A DNA stretch of 64,000 nucleotides, taken from contig JBDRBF010000041.1 in NCBI GenBank assembly GCA_043822925.1, positions 1 to 64,000 of the forward strand, written 5' to 3'. This document shows positions 38,183 to 50,137 of the stretch, one piece after another; the stretch's first letter is position 1, and the number at the start of each line of letters is the position of its first letter. This stretch comes from a bacterium (GTDB taxonomy: Bacteria; Babelota; Babeliae; Babelales; RVW-14). A program made the translations under genes and the position numbers. Below the pieces are notes generated by a model. The model saw only the letters and a program-made list of their open reading frames with translations, had not been told where the DNA came from and ran no database searches.

Positions 38183-38258
38183 TGGTAGGCACGAGCGGAC
38201 TCGAACCGCTGACCCTTGCTACGTCAAAGCAATGCTCTACCAACTGAGCTACGCGCCT
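38183..38258 (-). tRNA. tRNA-Val(GAC)
   Basis: Cloverleaf, anticodon arm ttgct-ttGACgt-agcaa, GTTCGA, encoded CCA. Confidence 0.95.
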
Positions 38259-38268
38259 ATCAAATACC

Positions 38269-41200
38269 CTATTTATCTAGAGATATGCTATCTAAGCCTA
38301 TCTCTAGCTCTTCTTCTTCTCGAGCTCTTTTTTCAAAATCCGAAAGCTCTTCGCCTATGTATTTCAATCTAAAAGCTTCAACTCCAGTCCCAGCAGGAAT
38401 CAGTTTACCAATAACTACGTTTTCTTTCAACCCATAAAGACAATCAACTTGACCAACTAAAGAAGCCTCAGTTAAAACTCTTGTTGTCTCTTGGAAAGAC
38501 GCAGCAGAAATAAAGCTTTCTGTTCCAAGCGAAGCTTTAGTTATGCCCATCAATATAGGTTTCGCAACTGCAACTTTCTTACCTGCTTTAACCATAAGCC
38601 TATTAACAACTTGTAGATGATTTTTATCTACACGATCTCCAACAACAAACGTTGTATCTCCAGGCTCGGTTACACGAACTTTTCTTAACATTTGTTTTAC
38701 GATTACTTCAATATGCTTATCGTTAATTTCAACACCTTGCAAAGTATAAATTTCCTGAATTTCTTTTACAAGATATTGTTGAGCTTCATTTGGACCAAGA
38801 ATCCGCAAAATATCATGAACATTAGGAACACCAGAACTCAAAGCTTCTCCAGCCTTTACAAATTCGCCGTCCTCTATGTTCAAATGTCTACTACGAGGAA
38901 CGCTGTATTCAAACACTTCATTCGTCTCAGTTGTAACACTGATACGTCTTTGTCCTCGATGTAAACCGCCAAATTTTACCTGACCATCAACATCACTGAT
39001 AATAGCCGTATCTTTAGGAATTCGAGCTTCAAAGAGTTCTGCAACTCGAGGAAGACCTCCGGTAATATCTTTCGTTTTCTTTTCTTTTCTAGGTAACTTT
39101 GCAAGAACATCACCCGGCTTTACGCTATCACCATCATGAACAGTAAGAATAGCTTCTGTAGGCAAGAAATAACGACCTTCTTCTTCACCATATTCATTGA
39201 CAACAGCGATACAAGGCTGCCTCTTTTCTTCTCTTCTTTCAAGAATCACTTTACTTGTTTGTTTTGTAGCTTCATCAAAGTGATCTTGATACGTAACATT
39301 CTCAACTAAATCTATAAAGCGCACTGTTCCAATTTTTTCTGTAACAATAACTTTATACGGTTCCCATTCAGCAAGCTTTTGTTTCGCTTTTATTTTTGTA
39401 TTATTCTCAACAAGAATCACAGCTCCATACTCAAGACGAAACTCTTCAAGTTCTCTACCATCATCAGAGATAATAACGAGGCTTGATTTTCTGTTCATAA
39501 CTGTCCAAAAATTATCTCTATTTTTTACAGCACGAACATCTCTGTAGACAAGCGTACCTGTCGATTTTGACAAATAAAACGGTTCTTCAACCAAACCACT
39601 AGCCGTACCACCAATATGGAAAGTTCTCATAGTAAGCTGCGTACCTGGTTCACCAATCGATTGTGCAGCAATAATACCGACAGCGGCTCCTTTATCAACA
39701 GATTTTTGTGTCGACAAATCCATACCATAACACATAGCACACACACCACGTTTTGCCTGACACGTAAGAACAGAACGAATATTCACATGTGTAACAGCAG
39801 AATCACTAATTTGCTCTATAAGAGCATCTGTTAGCAATTGACCTTGTTGTACTATTAATTTACCCGTTATTGGATCCTTAAGATCCTCTGCAACAACTCT
39901 ACCATAAATTCGTTTTGCTAATGATTCAATAACCGCACCCGATTCAGAAATATCGCTGACCGTGATATAACCAAGAGTATTACAATCCATTTGAGTAATA
40001 ACAACATCCTGTGCTACATCAACAAGTCTTCTTGTTAAATATCCAGAATCTGCGGTTTTAAGTGCTGTATCTGCTAACCCTTTTCGAGCTCCGTGAGTTG
40101 AAATAAAATATTCAAAACAACTGAGACCTTCTTTAAAGTTTGCAAGAATTGGCGTTTCCATAATTTCACCGGACGGTTTTGCCATCAAACCTCTCATTCC
40201 AGCAAGCTGTCTAATCTGTTGATGAGATCCTTTTGCTCCGGAAGCCAACATCATAAATACTGAATTAAACGGAAGATTTAGCTTATCTTCATTAAGATAT
40301 GCATCATTATCAGACTTCTCAAGCACTGACATCATTTCGGCAGCAACCTCTTCCGTTGCACGCGCCCAAATCTGAACAATCTTATTATATCGTTCACCGT
40401 TGGTGATAACACCATCCATGTACAATTTTTCTGCTTGAGTAACTTCTTTTTTACATTTCTTTAAGATATTTTCTTTTGTTTCAGGAATAATCAAATTATC
40501 AATAGAAAGAGAAATACCACCAGTTGTTGCATTAGAAAAACCAAGATATTTAATCTTGTCGAGAGTTATTACCGTCTCTTCTGCGCCAAACTTTTTATAA
40601 ATTGTATAAATAAGCTTAACCAAATCTTTCTTTTTTACTGCTTTATTAATCCAACTAACATCAGAACCTTTTGGCAAAGCTTCAAATAAAAGCATTCGAC
40701 CAACAGTTGTTTCAACAATTTCCTGCACAGACAACCGCACTGAAATTGGAGCCTGAATATTTACCGCACCTCTTTGATACGCAAAAATAACTTCTTCTAT
40801 TCCAGAAAACTTAAGACCTTCTCCCTTAACATTTTTTCGAGCTTTTGTCATATAATAAAGCCCCAAAATCATGTCTTGAGATGGGACCGCAAGCGGTCTA
40901 CCACTTGAAGGAGATAAAATATTCTTGACTGACAACATAAGATTTCTTGCTTCAGTCTGAGCTTTTTTACTTAACAATAAATGAACCGCCATTTGATCAC
41001 CGTCAAAATCTGCGTTAAAAGCGGCGCAAACAAGAGGATGAATCTTAATAGCTTTACCTTCTACCAATATTGGGAAGAAAGCTTGAATACCTAAGCGATG
41101 CAATGTTGGTGCACGATTCAACAAAATAGGTCTATCTTTAACTATTTCTTCAAGCGCTGCCCATACTTCTGGAGACATTTCTTCTACCATGCGTTTGGCA

Positions 41201-42384
41201 ACACGTAAATTACTTGCGCATTCTGTACGCTGAAGTTCGACATACACATATGGTTTAAAAAGCTCAAGAGCCATTAATTTAGGCAAACCACATTGGTGCA
41301 TCTTTAATTCAGGGTCAACAACAATAACTGATCGACCTGAATAATCAACGCGTTTACCAAGCAAGTTTTGTCTAAATCGTCCCTGTTTTCCACGAAGCAT
41401 CTCACTCAATGATTTTAGCGGACGACGATTTGAACCTCTAACAGGTTGACCTCTACGACCATTATCAATAAGAGCATCAACGGCTTCTTGAAGCATTCGC
41501 TTTTCATTTTTTATAATAACACTTGGAGCTTCAAGTTCTATAAGTCTGCGTAATCGTATATTTCTATTCAGAACACGTCTATAAAGATCGTTTAAATCTG
41601 AGCTTGCAAACCGACCACCCTCAAGTGGAACAAGTGGACGTAAATCCGGTGGAATCACCGGCAATTCTTCCATAATGATCCATTCTGGTCGAATATTTGC
41701 ATGCACTAAACCTGCAAGAACTTTATAACGTTTTATCAAGCGATGCTTAACCGCCGCAGATGCCGTTTTCTTATATTCTTCTTCTATTCTTCGCACTTCA
41801 AAGTTTAGATCCATAGCTGAAAGAAGCGTGCGAATAGCTTCGGCACCCATTCCAGCCTGAAACGTTATATCTTCTTCGCTCGCCTTATTATATTCTTCAT
41901 ATTCTCGACTTCCAAGTAACGTCTTAACTGGATATGGCGAATGTCCCTGATTTAAAACAATATAACTATCAAAATAAATTACACGTTCCAAATCACGAAC
42001 AGTCATACCCAAGATCAAACTCAAATAACTTGGAATGCCCTTCAAAAACCAAATATGACACACCGGTGAAACAAGATTAATGTGTCCCATACGTTCACGA
42101 CGAACACGCGCTTGAATTACTTCAACACCACATTTTTCGCAGGTAACGCCACGATGTTTCATGCGTTTATATTTACCGCAATTACATTCCCAATCTTTAA
42201 TAGGTCCAAAAATACGCGCACAAAAAAGACCATCACGTTCCGGCTTTAATGTGCGATAATTTATAGTCTCTATCTTTTTTACTTCGCCATAGGAAAGAGA
42301 TTTGATTTTTTCAGGAGATGCGATACTTACTCGCATCGCATTAAACTGAGAAGTGTTGATGTATTCTCGAAATCTCTCTAGCAT
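38269..42384 (-). CDS. rpoC: RNA polymerase beta' subunit
   Basis: NADFDGD, Zn-finger CNCGKYK..CEKC; start at MLERF (42384). Confidence 0.98.
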   Translation of the reverse strand: MLERFREYINTSQFNAMRVSIASPEKIKSLSYGEVKKIETINYRTLKPERDGLFCARIFGPIKDWECNCGKYKRMKHRGVTCEKCGVEVIQARVRRERMGHINLVSPVCHIWFLKGIPSYLSLILGMTVRDLERVIYFDSYIVLNQGHSPYPVKTLLGSREYEEYNKASEEDITFQAGMGAEAIRTLLSAMDLNFEVRRIEEEYKKTASAAVKHRLIKRYKVLAGLVHANIRPEWIIMEELPVIPPDLRPLVPLEGGRFASSDLNDLYRRVLNRNIRLRRLIELEAPSVIIKNEKRMLQEAVDALIDNGRRGQPVRGSNRRPLKSLSEMLRGKQGRFRQNLLGKRVDYSGRSVIVVDPELKMHQCGLPKLMALELFKPYVYVELQRTECASNLRVAKRMVEEMSPEVWAALEEIVKDRPILLNRAPTLHRLGIQAFFPILVEGKAIKIHPLVCAAFNADFDGDQMAVHLLLSKKAQTEARNLMLSVKNILSPSSGRPLAVPSQDMILGLYYMTKARKNVKGEGLKFSGIEEVIFAYQRGAVNIQAPISVRLSVQEIVETTVGRMLLFEALPKGSDVSWINKAVKKKDLVKLIYTIYKKFGAEETVITLDKIKYLGFSNATTGGISLSIDNLIIPETKENILKKCKKEVTQAEKLYMDGVITNGERYNKIVQIWARATEEVAAEMMSVLEKSDNDAYLNEDKLNLPFNSVFMMLASGAKGSHQQIRQLAGMRGLMAKPSGEIMETPILANFKEGLSCFEYFISTHGARKGLADTALKTADSGYLTRRLVDVAQDVVITQMDCNTLGYITVSDISESGAVIESLAKRIYGRVVAEDLKDPITGKLIVQQGQLLTDALIEQISDSAVTHVNIRSVLTCQAKRGVCAMCYGMDLSTQKSVDKGAAVGIIAAQSIGEPGTQLTMRTFHIGGTASGLVEEPFYLSKSTGTLVYRDVRAVKNRDNFWTVMNRKSSLVIISDDGRELEEFRLEYGAVILVENNTKIKAKQKLAEWEPYKVIVTEKIGTVRFIDLVENVTYQDHFDEATKQTSKVILERREEKRQPCIAVVNEYGEEEGRYFLPTEAILTVHDGDSVKPGDVLAKLPRKEKKTKDITGGLPRVAELFEARIPKDTAIISDVDGQVKFGGLHRGQRRISVTTETNEVFEYSVPRSRHLNIEDGEFVKAGEALSSGVPNVHDILRILGPNEAQQYLVKEIQEIYTLQGVEINDKHIEVIVKQMLRKVRVTEPGDTTFVVGDRVDKNHLQVVNRLMVKAGKKVAVAKPILMGITKASLGTESFISAASFQETTRVLTEASLVGQVDCLYGLKENVVIGKLIPAGTGVEAFRLKYIGEELSDFEKRAREEEELEIGLDSISLDK

Positions 42385-42388
42385 TCTG

Positions 42389-45300
42389 TTATTCACCAAC
42401 CTGCTCCTTACTTGTCTTAAATAAATCAACTTGCAAACCAAGACTCTGAAGCTCTTTTACCAATACGTTAAACGATTCTGGTATTCCTGGCTCAGGGACC
42501 TCGTCGCCTCGAACTATCGCTTCATACGCTTTAATTCGACCGTTCACATCATCAGACTTGACTGTTAACATTTCTTGTAAAGTATAAGCAGCTCCATATG
42601 CATACAGTGCCCACACTTCCATTTCTCCAAGTCTTTGTCCACCGAACTGCGCTTTACCACCGAGCGGTTGTTGTGTAATTAAAGAATACGGCCCAACAGA
42701 ACGAGCATGAAGTTTATCATCAGCTAAGTGATTCAATTTCATCATATAAATATAACCAACAGTTACCGGTTGATCGAGTTCTTCTCCCGTCATGCCGTTA
42801 TAAAGCGTGAACGTTCCATTAATTGGTAACCCAGCTTTTTTCAACATTGGTTGTACATCATCTTGATAATTTGCGCCTTCAAAAACTGGACTCTTTACAA
42901 ATATCCCTTTTTTAGCCGTTTTCTGCGCAATATCATTAAGCGTTTCTTTTCCATACGTTTTTTCAATATTATCGACGACTTCTTTGCCGTAATAATCACA
43001 CAAATGTGCTTTTATTTCTTTATCAGAGAGATCATTAAGCTGTTTAGCAAAATCAGCACTAATCTTCTTACTTGCCATTCCTAACATTGTTTCTAATATC
43101 TGTCCTAAGTTCATACGAGCTGGCACACCAACAGGATTAAGAACTATATCAACAGCCGTTCCATCTTCAAGATATGGCATATCTTCAATGTTTACGATGC
43201 GAGAAACCACACCTTTATTACCATGTCGTCCAGCCATTTTATCACCAACAGATAAATGTCTCTTCTTGGCAACATAAACTTTAACCATCTTAATAACACC
43301 GGACGGCAAATCATCGCCTTTTCTTAAGCGATTAATCTTCTCTTCTTTAAGAGCTTTTAGAATTAAAAACTGATTCGACAGCATTTCTTTATATTGTTTA
43401 ATCTTTGCTGTAACATCTCTGTCTTTTGTTTCTATTTCAAGCAATTCATTAATTTCTGTATTCTTAAGCAACTCTTTTGAAAACTTATCTTTATTTAAAA
43501 ATTTCTTATATGTTGCAACATCTTTTGGGGTCTGGTTATGGAGAAGCTCAAGCGTGCTGCTCTTTATTCTCTCATGTATAACATCTACCTGATAAGAAAA
43601 GTTTTCTTCAATTTTCTTTGTTTCTATTTGTACGACTTCTTTATATCGCTTGTCTTTTCGAATACCACTACGTGAAAATACTTTAACGTCGATAACAGTT
43701 GCTTCTACTCCAGGCGGTACTCTCAAAGATGTATCTCGCACTTCACGAGATTTTTCTCCAAATATAGCCCTTAATAATTTTTCTTCAGGTGAAACTTGAA
43801 CGTCTCCCTTAAGAGTAACTTTACCAACTAAAATATCCCCAGGCTTTACACGCGTGCCTATTTTGACTATTCCATCATCATCAAGAGCTTCTAAGCTTTT
43901 TTCTGACACATTAGGAATATCACGCGTTATTTCTTCAGCTCCAAGTTTTGTATCTCGAGCTTCAACTACAAATTCTTCGACGTGAATAGAGGTAAAAACA
44001 TCCTCAGAAACAAGACGCTTGCTTACAACAATAGCGTCCTCGAAGTTGTATCCATTCCATGGCATAAACGCAACCACGATATTGCTTCCCAACGCAAGCT
44101 CGCCATTTGTAGTAGCAGGACCGTCAGTAAGAACATCGCCTTTTTTAACCGTCTCACCAACCTTGACAATAGGTCTATGATGAACCCATGTGTTATGACT
44201 TGATCGACCAAATTTCTTTAATTCATAAATATCGACAGCCCCAAGTAACCAATCTCTTTCCGTCAACTCTTGTGATCCAGGTCTTTCAACCCTAACAACA
44301 ACTTTTTCTGCTGACACATAAATTACAGTTCCCGGGTTTTTGGCGATAAGCACAACGCCTTCAGATCGACCAAGTTCTTTTTCCATACCAGTTCCAACGA
44401 GAGGAACCTCACACTTAACCAAAGGAACAGCTTGACGCTGCATGTTTGAACCCATAAGAGCTCGATTAGCATCGTCGTTTTCCAAGAATGGAATAAGTGA
44501 AGTCGGAACAGAAAACAATTGCCTTGGAGAAGCATCAACATAATTAACTTCTTCTGCTTCAACAAGAATATAATCACCATCTTTTCTAATCAAAACTCTT
44601 GGCTGCTCAAATCTATTTTTCGAATCTAATACTTCTGTTGATTGGGCAATTTTCTCACCAATTTCTTCAAATGCATCCAAATACACAGTTTCTTCTTGAA
44701 CAACACCATTTTTTACTTTTCTATACGGCGTTTCTATAAATCCAAGCTCATTAACACGTGCATACGTTGCAAGCGAAGAAATAAGACCAATATTTTGACC
44801 TTCAGGAGTTTCGATTGGACAAATTCGTCCATAATGAGAAGCATGTACGTCTCGCACTTCAAATGTCGCACGCTCTCGCGTAATACCGCCAGGTCCAAGA
44901 GCCGATAAACGTCTCTTGTGTGCCATCTCAGCAAGTGGGTTCGTTTGATCCATAAATTGAGAAAGTTGGCCTGTTCCAAAGAACTCTCTTAACACAGCAG
45001 CCAGTGGCTTTACATTAAGAAAATCATATGGCATAAGAGCAGCTGAATTTTCTTGTAGTCTAAATCTTTCTTTAACAATTCGCTCTATACGCGCAAACCC
45101 AACATATAATTGACTTTGCAATAACTCACCAACTAATCGAATGCAACGGTTTCCCAAATGATCAATATCATCCAAAACGCCTTCGCCTCGTTCTTTCAAT
45201 CCTATAAGATACTTGAGTGTCGCAACAATATCTTCTTTAGTTAAATGCGTAATAGATTCATCAATCTTTAGACCCAGTTTTCTGTTCGTTCTAATACGTC

Positions 45301-46729
45301 CGACAATCGTTAAATCATAAAATCTAGGATTAAAAAACAAATTATTAATATACTCAACCATGACCTTAGTATTTGGAATATCACCAGGCTTTAATTTACT
45401 AAAGACATCTTTAAGAGCTTCTTCATAAGAAGAAGTTTGATCATGAGCAAATGTTAATGCCATACTTGGCTGTAAAAGATACCCTGATGATTTCACCAAA
45501 TATATCGTGCAATCATCAAGACTAGCTATAACATCAATAATTTCTTCTGTGAGAATCATTCCCTGACTAACAAGAACTTCTCCCGTTGAGGGATCGATAA
45601 CATCTTGTGCAAGAATTTTACTGTTTAAACTATTTGTTCGAACCAAAAGAGTCTCAACACCTTCTTTACGCATTTTCTCTACATCGGCTTTTGTAATACG
45701 CTTACCGATAGTAAATTTATCTTCAATATCTTTTGGCAACGAACCTATTTCTAAACGTTGATCAACCAAATCTGAATCAACTTTTTTATAAAATATATTT
45801 TTTTTAAGATCTACTTTTTCAAAATCATAAAACGTAGACAAAATTGATTTTCTATCAATACCTATTGCTTGTAAAAAAGTAGAAACAAGAATTTTTTTCT
45901 TTTTATCTATTCTAACATATAAAAGATCATTATGATCATATTCAAAATCTACCCACGAGCCCCTACTTGGAATAATTCGAGCAATGTGATAAGGATAACC
46001 TCGAAAATCTTTTATTTTTTTACTTAACGAGAACATGACGCCCGGAGCTCTATGAATTTGACTAACAACAACACGGTCTACGCCATTAATAAGAAACGTA
46101 CCCTGATTTCCAAGATTAAAAACATCTTCCGAATCTTCATACAAGTCAACCATGACAGGAAAATCACAAAAGAACACATCTTGCTCTTTTATATCACGAA
46201 CAACTTTTTTTGCAGTTTCTGGATCAACATCCCAACTCACCAATTGCATTTTAACTTTTAACGGCATAGAAAACGTTTTGCCACTAAATCTGCTTTCGGT
46301 AACAGTTAGATCTGTCTTAATAGAAACACGAGAAAAACATTTTTTACAATGAATATAACTCGCTGTAGACTTTTTACATTCTGGACACTTTGAATCTTTT
46401 AGTTTACTGCATCCACCCTTTTTGCACGAAGAGCATGTCCATTTATAACGATTTTCAATCCCTGTAAGCACGCCACAAACGCATGCCCAATTACCAAGTT
46501 CATAACTAACGTATTCTAATGATATACGATCATTGTGTTCAATAGGAAAAGTATCATGTAATACTTTTTCTAATCCCATATTTTTACGTTCAGACGGAAG
46601 ACAGTCCAACTGTACAAAGTTATTAAACGACTTCGACTGAACTTCTATAAGATTGGGCAATGAGACAGCCTCATTGATTTTACCAAATGACTTCCTTAAA
46701 GAACCCTCACCTCTGCCAAATTGAGACAT
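42389..46729 (-). CDS. rpoB: RNA polymerase beta subunit
   Basis: GDKMAGRHGNKG, ETPEGQNIGL, GQRLGEME; Cys-rich N-terminal insertion. Confidence 0.98.
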   Translation of the reverse strand: MSQFGRGEGSLRKSFGKINEAVSLPNLIEVQSKSFNNFVQLDCLPSERKNMGLEKVLHDTFPIEHNDRISLEYVSYELGNWACVCGVLTGIENRYKWTCSSCKKGGCSKLKDSKCPECKKSTASYIHCKKCFSRVSIKTDLTVTESRFSGKTFSMPLKVKMQLVSWDVDPETAKKVVRDIKEQDVFFCDFPVMVDLYEDSEDVFNLGNQGTFLINGVDRVVVSQIHRAPGVMFSLSKKIKDFRGYPYHIARIIPSRGSWVDFEYDHNDLLYVRIDKKKKILVSTFLQAIGIDRKSILSTFYDFEKVDLKKNIFYKKVDSDLVDQRLEIGSLPKDIEDKFTIGKRITKADVEKMRKEGVETLLVRTNSLNSKILAQDVIDPSTGEVLVSQGMILTEEIIDVIASLDDCTIYLVKSSGYLLQPSMALTFAHDQTSSYEEALKDVFSKLKPGDIPNTKVMVEYINNLFFNPRFYDLTIVGRIRTNRKLGLKIDESITHLTKEDIVATLKYLIGLKERGEGVLDDIDHLGNRCIRLVGELLQSQLYVGFARIERIVKERFRLQENSAALMPYDFLNVKPLAAVLREFFGTGQLSQFMDQTNPLAEMAHKRRLSALGPGGITRERATFEVRDVHASHYGRICPIETPEGQNIGLISSLATYARVNELGFIETPYRKVKNGVVQEETVYLDAFEEIGEKIAQSTEVLDSKNRFEQPRVLIRKDGDYILVEAEEVNYVDASPRQLFSVPTSLIPFLENDDANRALMGSNMQRQAVPLVKCEVPLVGTGMEKELGRSEGVVLIAKNPGTVIYVSAEKVVVRVERPGSQELTERDWLLGAVDIYELKKFGRSSHNTWVHHRPIVKVGETVKKGDVLTDGPATTNGELALGSNIVVAFMPWNGYNFEDAIVVSKRLVSEDVFTSIHVEEFVVEARDTKLGAEEITRDIPNVSEKSLEALDDDGIVKIGTRVKPGDILVGKVTLKGDVQVSPEEKLLRAIFGEKSREVRDTSLRVPPGVEATVIDVKVFSRSGIRKDKRYKEVVQIETKKIEENFSYQVDVIHERIKSSTLELLHNQTPKDVATYKKFLNKDKFSKELLKNTEINELLEIETKDRDVTAKIKQYKEMLSNQFLILKALKEEKINRLRKGDDLPSGVIKMVKVYVAKKRHLSVGDKMAGRHGNKGVVSRIVNIEDMPYLEDGTAVDIVLNPVGVPARMNLGQILETMLGMASKKISADFAKQLNDLSDKEIKAHLCDYYGKEVVDNIEKTYGKETLNDIAQKTAKKGIFVKSPVFEGANYQDDVQPMLKKAGLPINGTFTLYNGMTGEELDQPVTVGYIYMMKLNHLADDKLHARSVGPYSLITQQPLGGKAQFGGQRLGEMEVWALYAYGAAYTLQEMLTVKSDDVNGRIKAYEAIVRGDEVPEPGIPESFNVLVKELQSLGLQVDLFKTSKEQVGE

Positions 46730-46790
46730 CCACTCGCTCCTAACCAGTAATTGCCCAACACATTACTAAAAACAAATTCACATGATAAAA

Positions 46791-46837
46791 GAGTCCCATT
46801 TTAAAAACTCAATTATAAGTTTTTAAAATGGGGACTC
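46791..46837 (-). terminator. Hairpin (terminator/attenuator) between rplL and rpoB
   Basis: gagtcccattttaaaaact...agtttttaaaatggggactc, followed by a T-run on the minus strand. Confidence 0.75.
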
Positions 46838-46871
46838 AAAAACGAATCACTCTTACAAAATTGAATTATGC

Positions 46872-47243
46872 TTAAGATAACTCAACTTTTGCACCAGACT
46901 CTTCCAAAGCTTTCTTTATTTTTTCAGCTTCTTCTTTAGTTGTTGATTCACTAATAACGAAAGGTGTATTTTCTACAGCTTTCTTTGCATCACCAAGATT
47001 CAAAGTCGTTACTGAACGCAACGCTTTAATAACCTTTATTTTTTCGCCAGGTGCATCCTTAAGAGTCACAGTATATGAACTCTTTTCTTCTTGCTCAGCA
47101 GGAGCAGCAGCAGCTGTTGCAGCTGCAACAGGAGCAGCAGCAGCCATATCAGGAATATTAAAGGTTTCTTTAAGTTCTTTAATAAGTCCTGCAAGTTCCA
47201 TTACGGACATTTTACCTATTTCTTCTACGAATTTTGATGACAT
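46872..47243 (-). CDS. rplL: 50S ribosomal protein L7/L12
   Basis: Ala-rich hinge, KIKVIKALR, LGDAKKAVE. Confidence 0.95.
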   Translation of the reverse strand: MSSKFVEEIGKMSVMELAGLIKELKETFNIPDMAAAAPVAAATAAAAPAEQEEKSSYTVTLKDAPGEKIKVIKALRSVTTLNLGDAKKAVENTPFVISESTTKEEAEKIKKALEESGAKVELS

Positions 47244-47288
47244 AATAGTAACTCCTTAAAGTATAATAAAATCAGTTTTAAATAATAA

Positions 47289-47822
47289 CTATTCGCTTTT
47301 TTGGTTGCTAATTTGTTCTAAAGAATAAACAAATTGGGTCAACAAAGCTTGCAAAGAGTGCGTAAGGTGCATTGTTGGTCCGCGCATAGCAAGTAAGAGC
47401 ATAGCCAACAAAACATCTCTGGACGGAAGAGAAGCCAAAGCAACTACATCTTCCTTTGTCATCACTCTTGATTCAAACAAAGCAGATAAAACCCGTAAAT
47501 TTTCAGTTTCTTTTGAAAAATTTACAAGTTTTTTCGCAAGAGAAGATACATCACCATTAGCGAAAACTACTCCGACTTGATTTTTAAAGTGCTCTTGAAA
47601 AGCATCAACGCCACCAACTTCCTGAGCAACGTTTTGCGCTGCTTTTTTCATAAGTCGGGCCTTCATCACTCTAAAAACGCCGTCAACATCTCGCAATTGC
47701 TTTCTAAAGTCTCGCGTCAAAGGAACATTAAGACCTTTGTAATCCACCAAAAAAGCCGCTTTTGACTGTACAAACAATTCTCCAAAATCAGAGACAACTT
47801 TTTCTTTTTCTTGACGATTCAT
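47289..47822 (-). CDS. rplJ: 50S ribosomal protein L10
   Basis: MNRQEK, DYKGL, LASLPSRD; synteny. Confidence 0.93.
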   Translation of the reverse strand: MNRQEKEKVVSDFGELFVQSKAAFLVDYKGLNVPLTRDFRKQLRDVDGVFRVMKARLMKKAAQNVAQEVGGVDAFQEHFKNQVGVVFANGDVSSLAKKLVNFSKETENLRVLSALFESRVMTKEDVVALASLPSRDVLLAMLLLAMRGPTMHLTHSLQALLTQFVYSLEQISNQKSE

Positions 47823-47843
47823 TTTTTCAATACCTCTTGAAAG

Positions 47844-48536
47844 TTATATCATCTCGTCAGGTACTATTGATACACCAACCCCCATGGAAGATGAAATAGT
47901 AATTTTTCTAATAAATCTACCCTTAGAAGATGCAGGCTTACTTGACTGAATTGCTCGAATGAGAGCCTGATAATTGTCCAACAACTTTTCAATTCCAAAT
48001 GAAACTTTTCCAAATGGCGCGTGAAGCACTCCTCCCTTATCATTTCGGAAGGAAACACGCCCTTTTTTCAAGTCAGATACAATACTTGCAACATCAAATG
48101 TAACTGTTCCAAGCTTTTTATTTGGAAGCAAACCTCGGGGCCCAAGAATTTTAGCAACTTTTCCAACAAGCCCCATCATATCAGGAGTTGCTACAGCTAC
48201 ATCAAAATCCATCCAACCAGCAAGTATCTTATCTATGAGATCGTCAGATCCAACAAAATCAGCACCTGCCGCTTTTGCTTCATCTTCATATGTGCCTTTT
48301 GTAAAGACAAGAACTTTGAGCTTTTTGCCTGTTCCATGCGGCAAAAGAACAGAACCTCTCACGGTTTGCTCGCCTTTTAATGGATCTATACCAAGAACAA
48401 TACTTACATCAACTGTTTCATCAAATTTTACATGAGCATTGCTTACAGAAAACTGTAAAGCCTCCCGTGCATTAGTAATCTTAATAGACGCCAATTTTTC
48501 TTTGGCATCTGCGTGCTTTTTACCTGCCTTGCTCAT
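47844..48536 (-). CDS. rplA: 50S ribosomal protein L1
   Basis: KFDETVD, LPHGTGK, LGPRGLLPN. Confidence 0.97.
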   Translation of the reverse strand: MSKAGKKHADAKEKLASIKITNAREALQFSVSNAHVKFDETVDVSIVLGIDPLKGEQTVRGSVLLPHGTGKKLKVLVFTKGTYEDEAKAAGADFVGSDDLIDKILAGWMDFDVAVATPDMMGLVGKVAKILGPRGLLPNKKLGTVTFDVASIVSDLKKGRVSFRNDKGGVLHAPFGKVSFGIEKLLDNYQALIRAIQSSKPASSKGRFIRKITISSSMGVGVSIVPDEMI

Positions 48537-48584
48537 AAGAAAGCCCTATCTCAAAATTAACATCGTTACTTATTATCAACAACC

Positions 48585-49019
48585 TTAATCAACAACCGCA
48601 AGGCCCATGCTCTTAGCACTACCTGCTATACTTTTTTTTGCAGCATCTAAATCAAACGCATTCAAATCTGGCAATTTTATCTTTGCGATTTCTTCTACGT
48701 CTCTCATCGAAATTGTACCAACTTGTTGTTTTCCAGGCGTACTCGCCCCTTTGGTTATTTTCGCTCTTTTAAAAATGAGCTCAGAAACAGGAGGAGTTTT
48801 TGTAATAAAATCAAATGTCTTATCTACATAAACCGTAATCTGTACGGGAACCGTTTCTCCCTTACGGCTCGCAGTCAAGGCATTAAATTTCTTACAAAAA
48901 TCCATTATGTTCGCACCATGCTGACCCAAAGACGATCCAACAGGAGGGGCAGGAGTAGCTCCACCAGCCGGAATCTGAAGCTTAAGATTAGCTTTTATTT
49001 TTTTGCCATAATCAATCAC
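48585..49019 (-). CDS. rplK: 50S ribosomal protein L11 (start anomalous, see findings)
   Basis: [28 protein letters not shown]. Confidence 0.95.
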   Translation of the reverse strand: MIDYGKKIKANLKLQIPAGGATPAPPVGSSLGQHGANIMDFCKKFNALTASRKGETVPVQITVYVDKTFDFITKTPPVSELIFKRAKITKGASTPGKQQVGTISMRDVEEIAKIKLPDLNAFDLDAAKKSIAGSAKSMGLAVVD

Positions 49020-49042
49020 CTAACATCGTTTACGCGATAACT

Positions 49043-49561
49043 TTACTTTTTAATTTGATCGAAACCAAGCTCGACGGGAGTAAGCCTTCCGAAGATACTG
49101 ACCAAAACAGTTAAACGCTCTTTATCTTCATCAACCTTATCCACAATTCCAACAAAACCCGAAAAAGGACCACTGTTGATGTGCACTTCGCTCCCAACTG
49201 AAAAAACTTCTTTTTCGCTCGCCAGAGCCAACTTGCCTTCCATTTGGGAGAAAATTCTGTCAACTTCTTTATCAGAAAGGGGAACTGGACTTTCACCCCC
49301 TAAAAAACGCGTCACTCGCGGAGTTGATAAAACTATTCTAAAAGCCTCAGGAGCTGATTCCAGATTAACAAGTAGATACCCAGGAAAAATCTTCTCTTTC
49401 TTTGTCCCTGTGTCAGAGAAAAAAGAAGCCATTTCACCTTCTGGGATTAATATATCTCCGATAAGGTCTTCAGCGTTCTCTTCTTGAGCCCGCATCTTTA
49501 AATCGTTCTTTACGAACTCTTCAAACCCTGTGTATACCTGTACTACATACCAACGCTTCAT
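49043..49561 (-). CDS. nusG: Transcription factor NusG
   Basis: WYVVQ, FPGY, KOW GPFSGF.G, SIFGRLTPVEL. Confidence 0.97.
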   Translation of the reverse strand: MKRWYVVQVYTGFEEFVKNDLKMRAQEENAEDLIGDILIPEGEMASFFSDTGTKKEKIFPGYLLVNLESAPEAFRIVLSTPRVTRFLGGESPVPLSDKEVDRIFSQMEGKLALASEKEVFSVGSEVHINSGPFSGFVGIVDKVDEDKERLTVLVSIFGRLTPVELGFDQIKK

Positions 49562-49627
49562 TCTGACCTACAAACTCTGCGACTAACGAGTCACCTATCT
49601 GATACAACTTACTTATTTTAATAACGC

Positions 49628-49810
49628 TTAAAGAATAAAATGTCTTATAACATAGTTAAAAATAAAATCCATAGATCCAAGAATAAATGAAAAAATCAGT
49701 GTTACTATGCATACTATTATCGTTGACCCGACTAATTCATCACGGCTAGGCCATGTAATTCTCTTAATTTCATTTTTAACTTCGTTAACAAACGTTATAA
49801 CTTTATTCAT
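49628..49810 (-). CDS. secE: Preprotein translocase subunit SecE
   Basis: EIKRITWPSRDE plus TM. Confidence 0.93.
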   Translation of the reverse strand: MNKVITFVNEVKNEIKRITWPSRDELVGSTIIVCIVTLIFSFILGSMDFIFNYVIRHFIL

Positions 49811-49835
49811 CCTTTACAACCCTCGGTCGATTTTG

Positions 49836-49911
49836 TGGCAGGCCAGGAGGGACTCGAACCCCCAACACGCGGATTTGGAGTCCGCTGCTCTACCATTGGA
49901 GCTACTGACCT
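49836..49911 (-). tRNA. tRNA-Trp(CCA)
   Basis: Anticodon arm gcgga-ctCCAaa-tccgc; CCA end. Confidence 0.95.
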
Positions 49912-49929
49912 TCAAAACAACTCTCAAAC

Positions 49930-50088
49930 CTACTTCGTCTCTTTGTGCGCAGAATGCTTTCTGCAACCAGCACAAAACTTCTGCAGCTCCAGTTTCCCGA
50001 AAGCTCTCTTCTTAGAAACTTTTTTGCTGTAGTTTCTAATCTTACAAATCCCACATTCAAGATGAACTATCGTTCTATTTTTTGCCAT
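49930..50088 (-). CDS. rpmG: 50S ribosomal protein L33 (Zn-binding type)
   Basis: MAKNRTIVHLECGIC..RNY...LELQKFCAGCRKH..HKETK. Confidence 0.93.
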   Translation of the reverse strand: MAKNRTIVHLECGICKIRNYSKKVSKKRAFGKLELQKFCAGCRKHSAHKETK

Positions 50089-50137
50089 AGTAAAAAACTT
50101 TCTATCTAACCTTGGGGCTGAAACCACAAACTGCAAG

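Noticed and set aside
38216-38437. ORFs overlapping tRNAs (38216..38437, 49835..50032, 50379..50561)
   Set aside because: These are antisense translations of tRNA genes and adjacent conserved genes.
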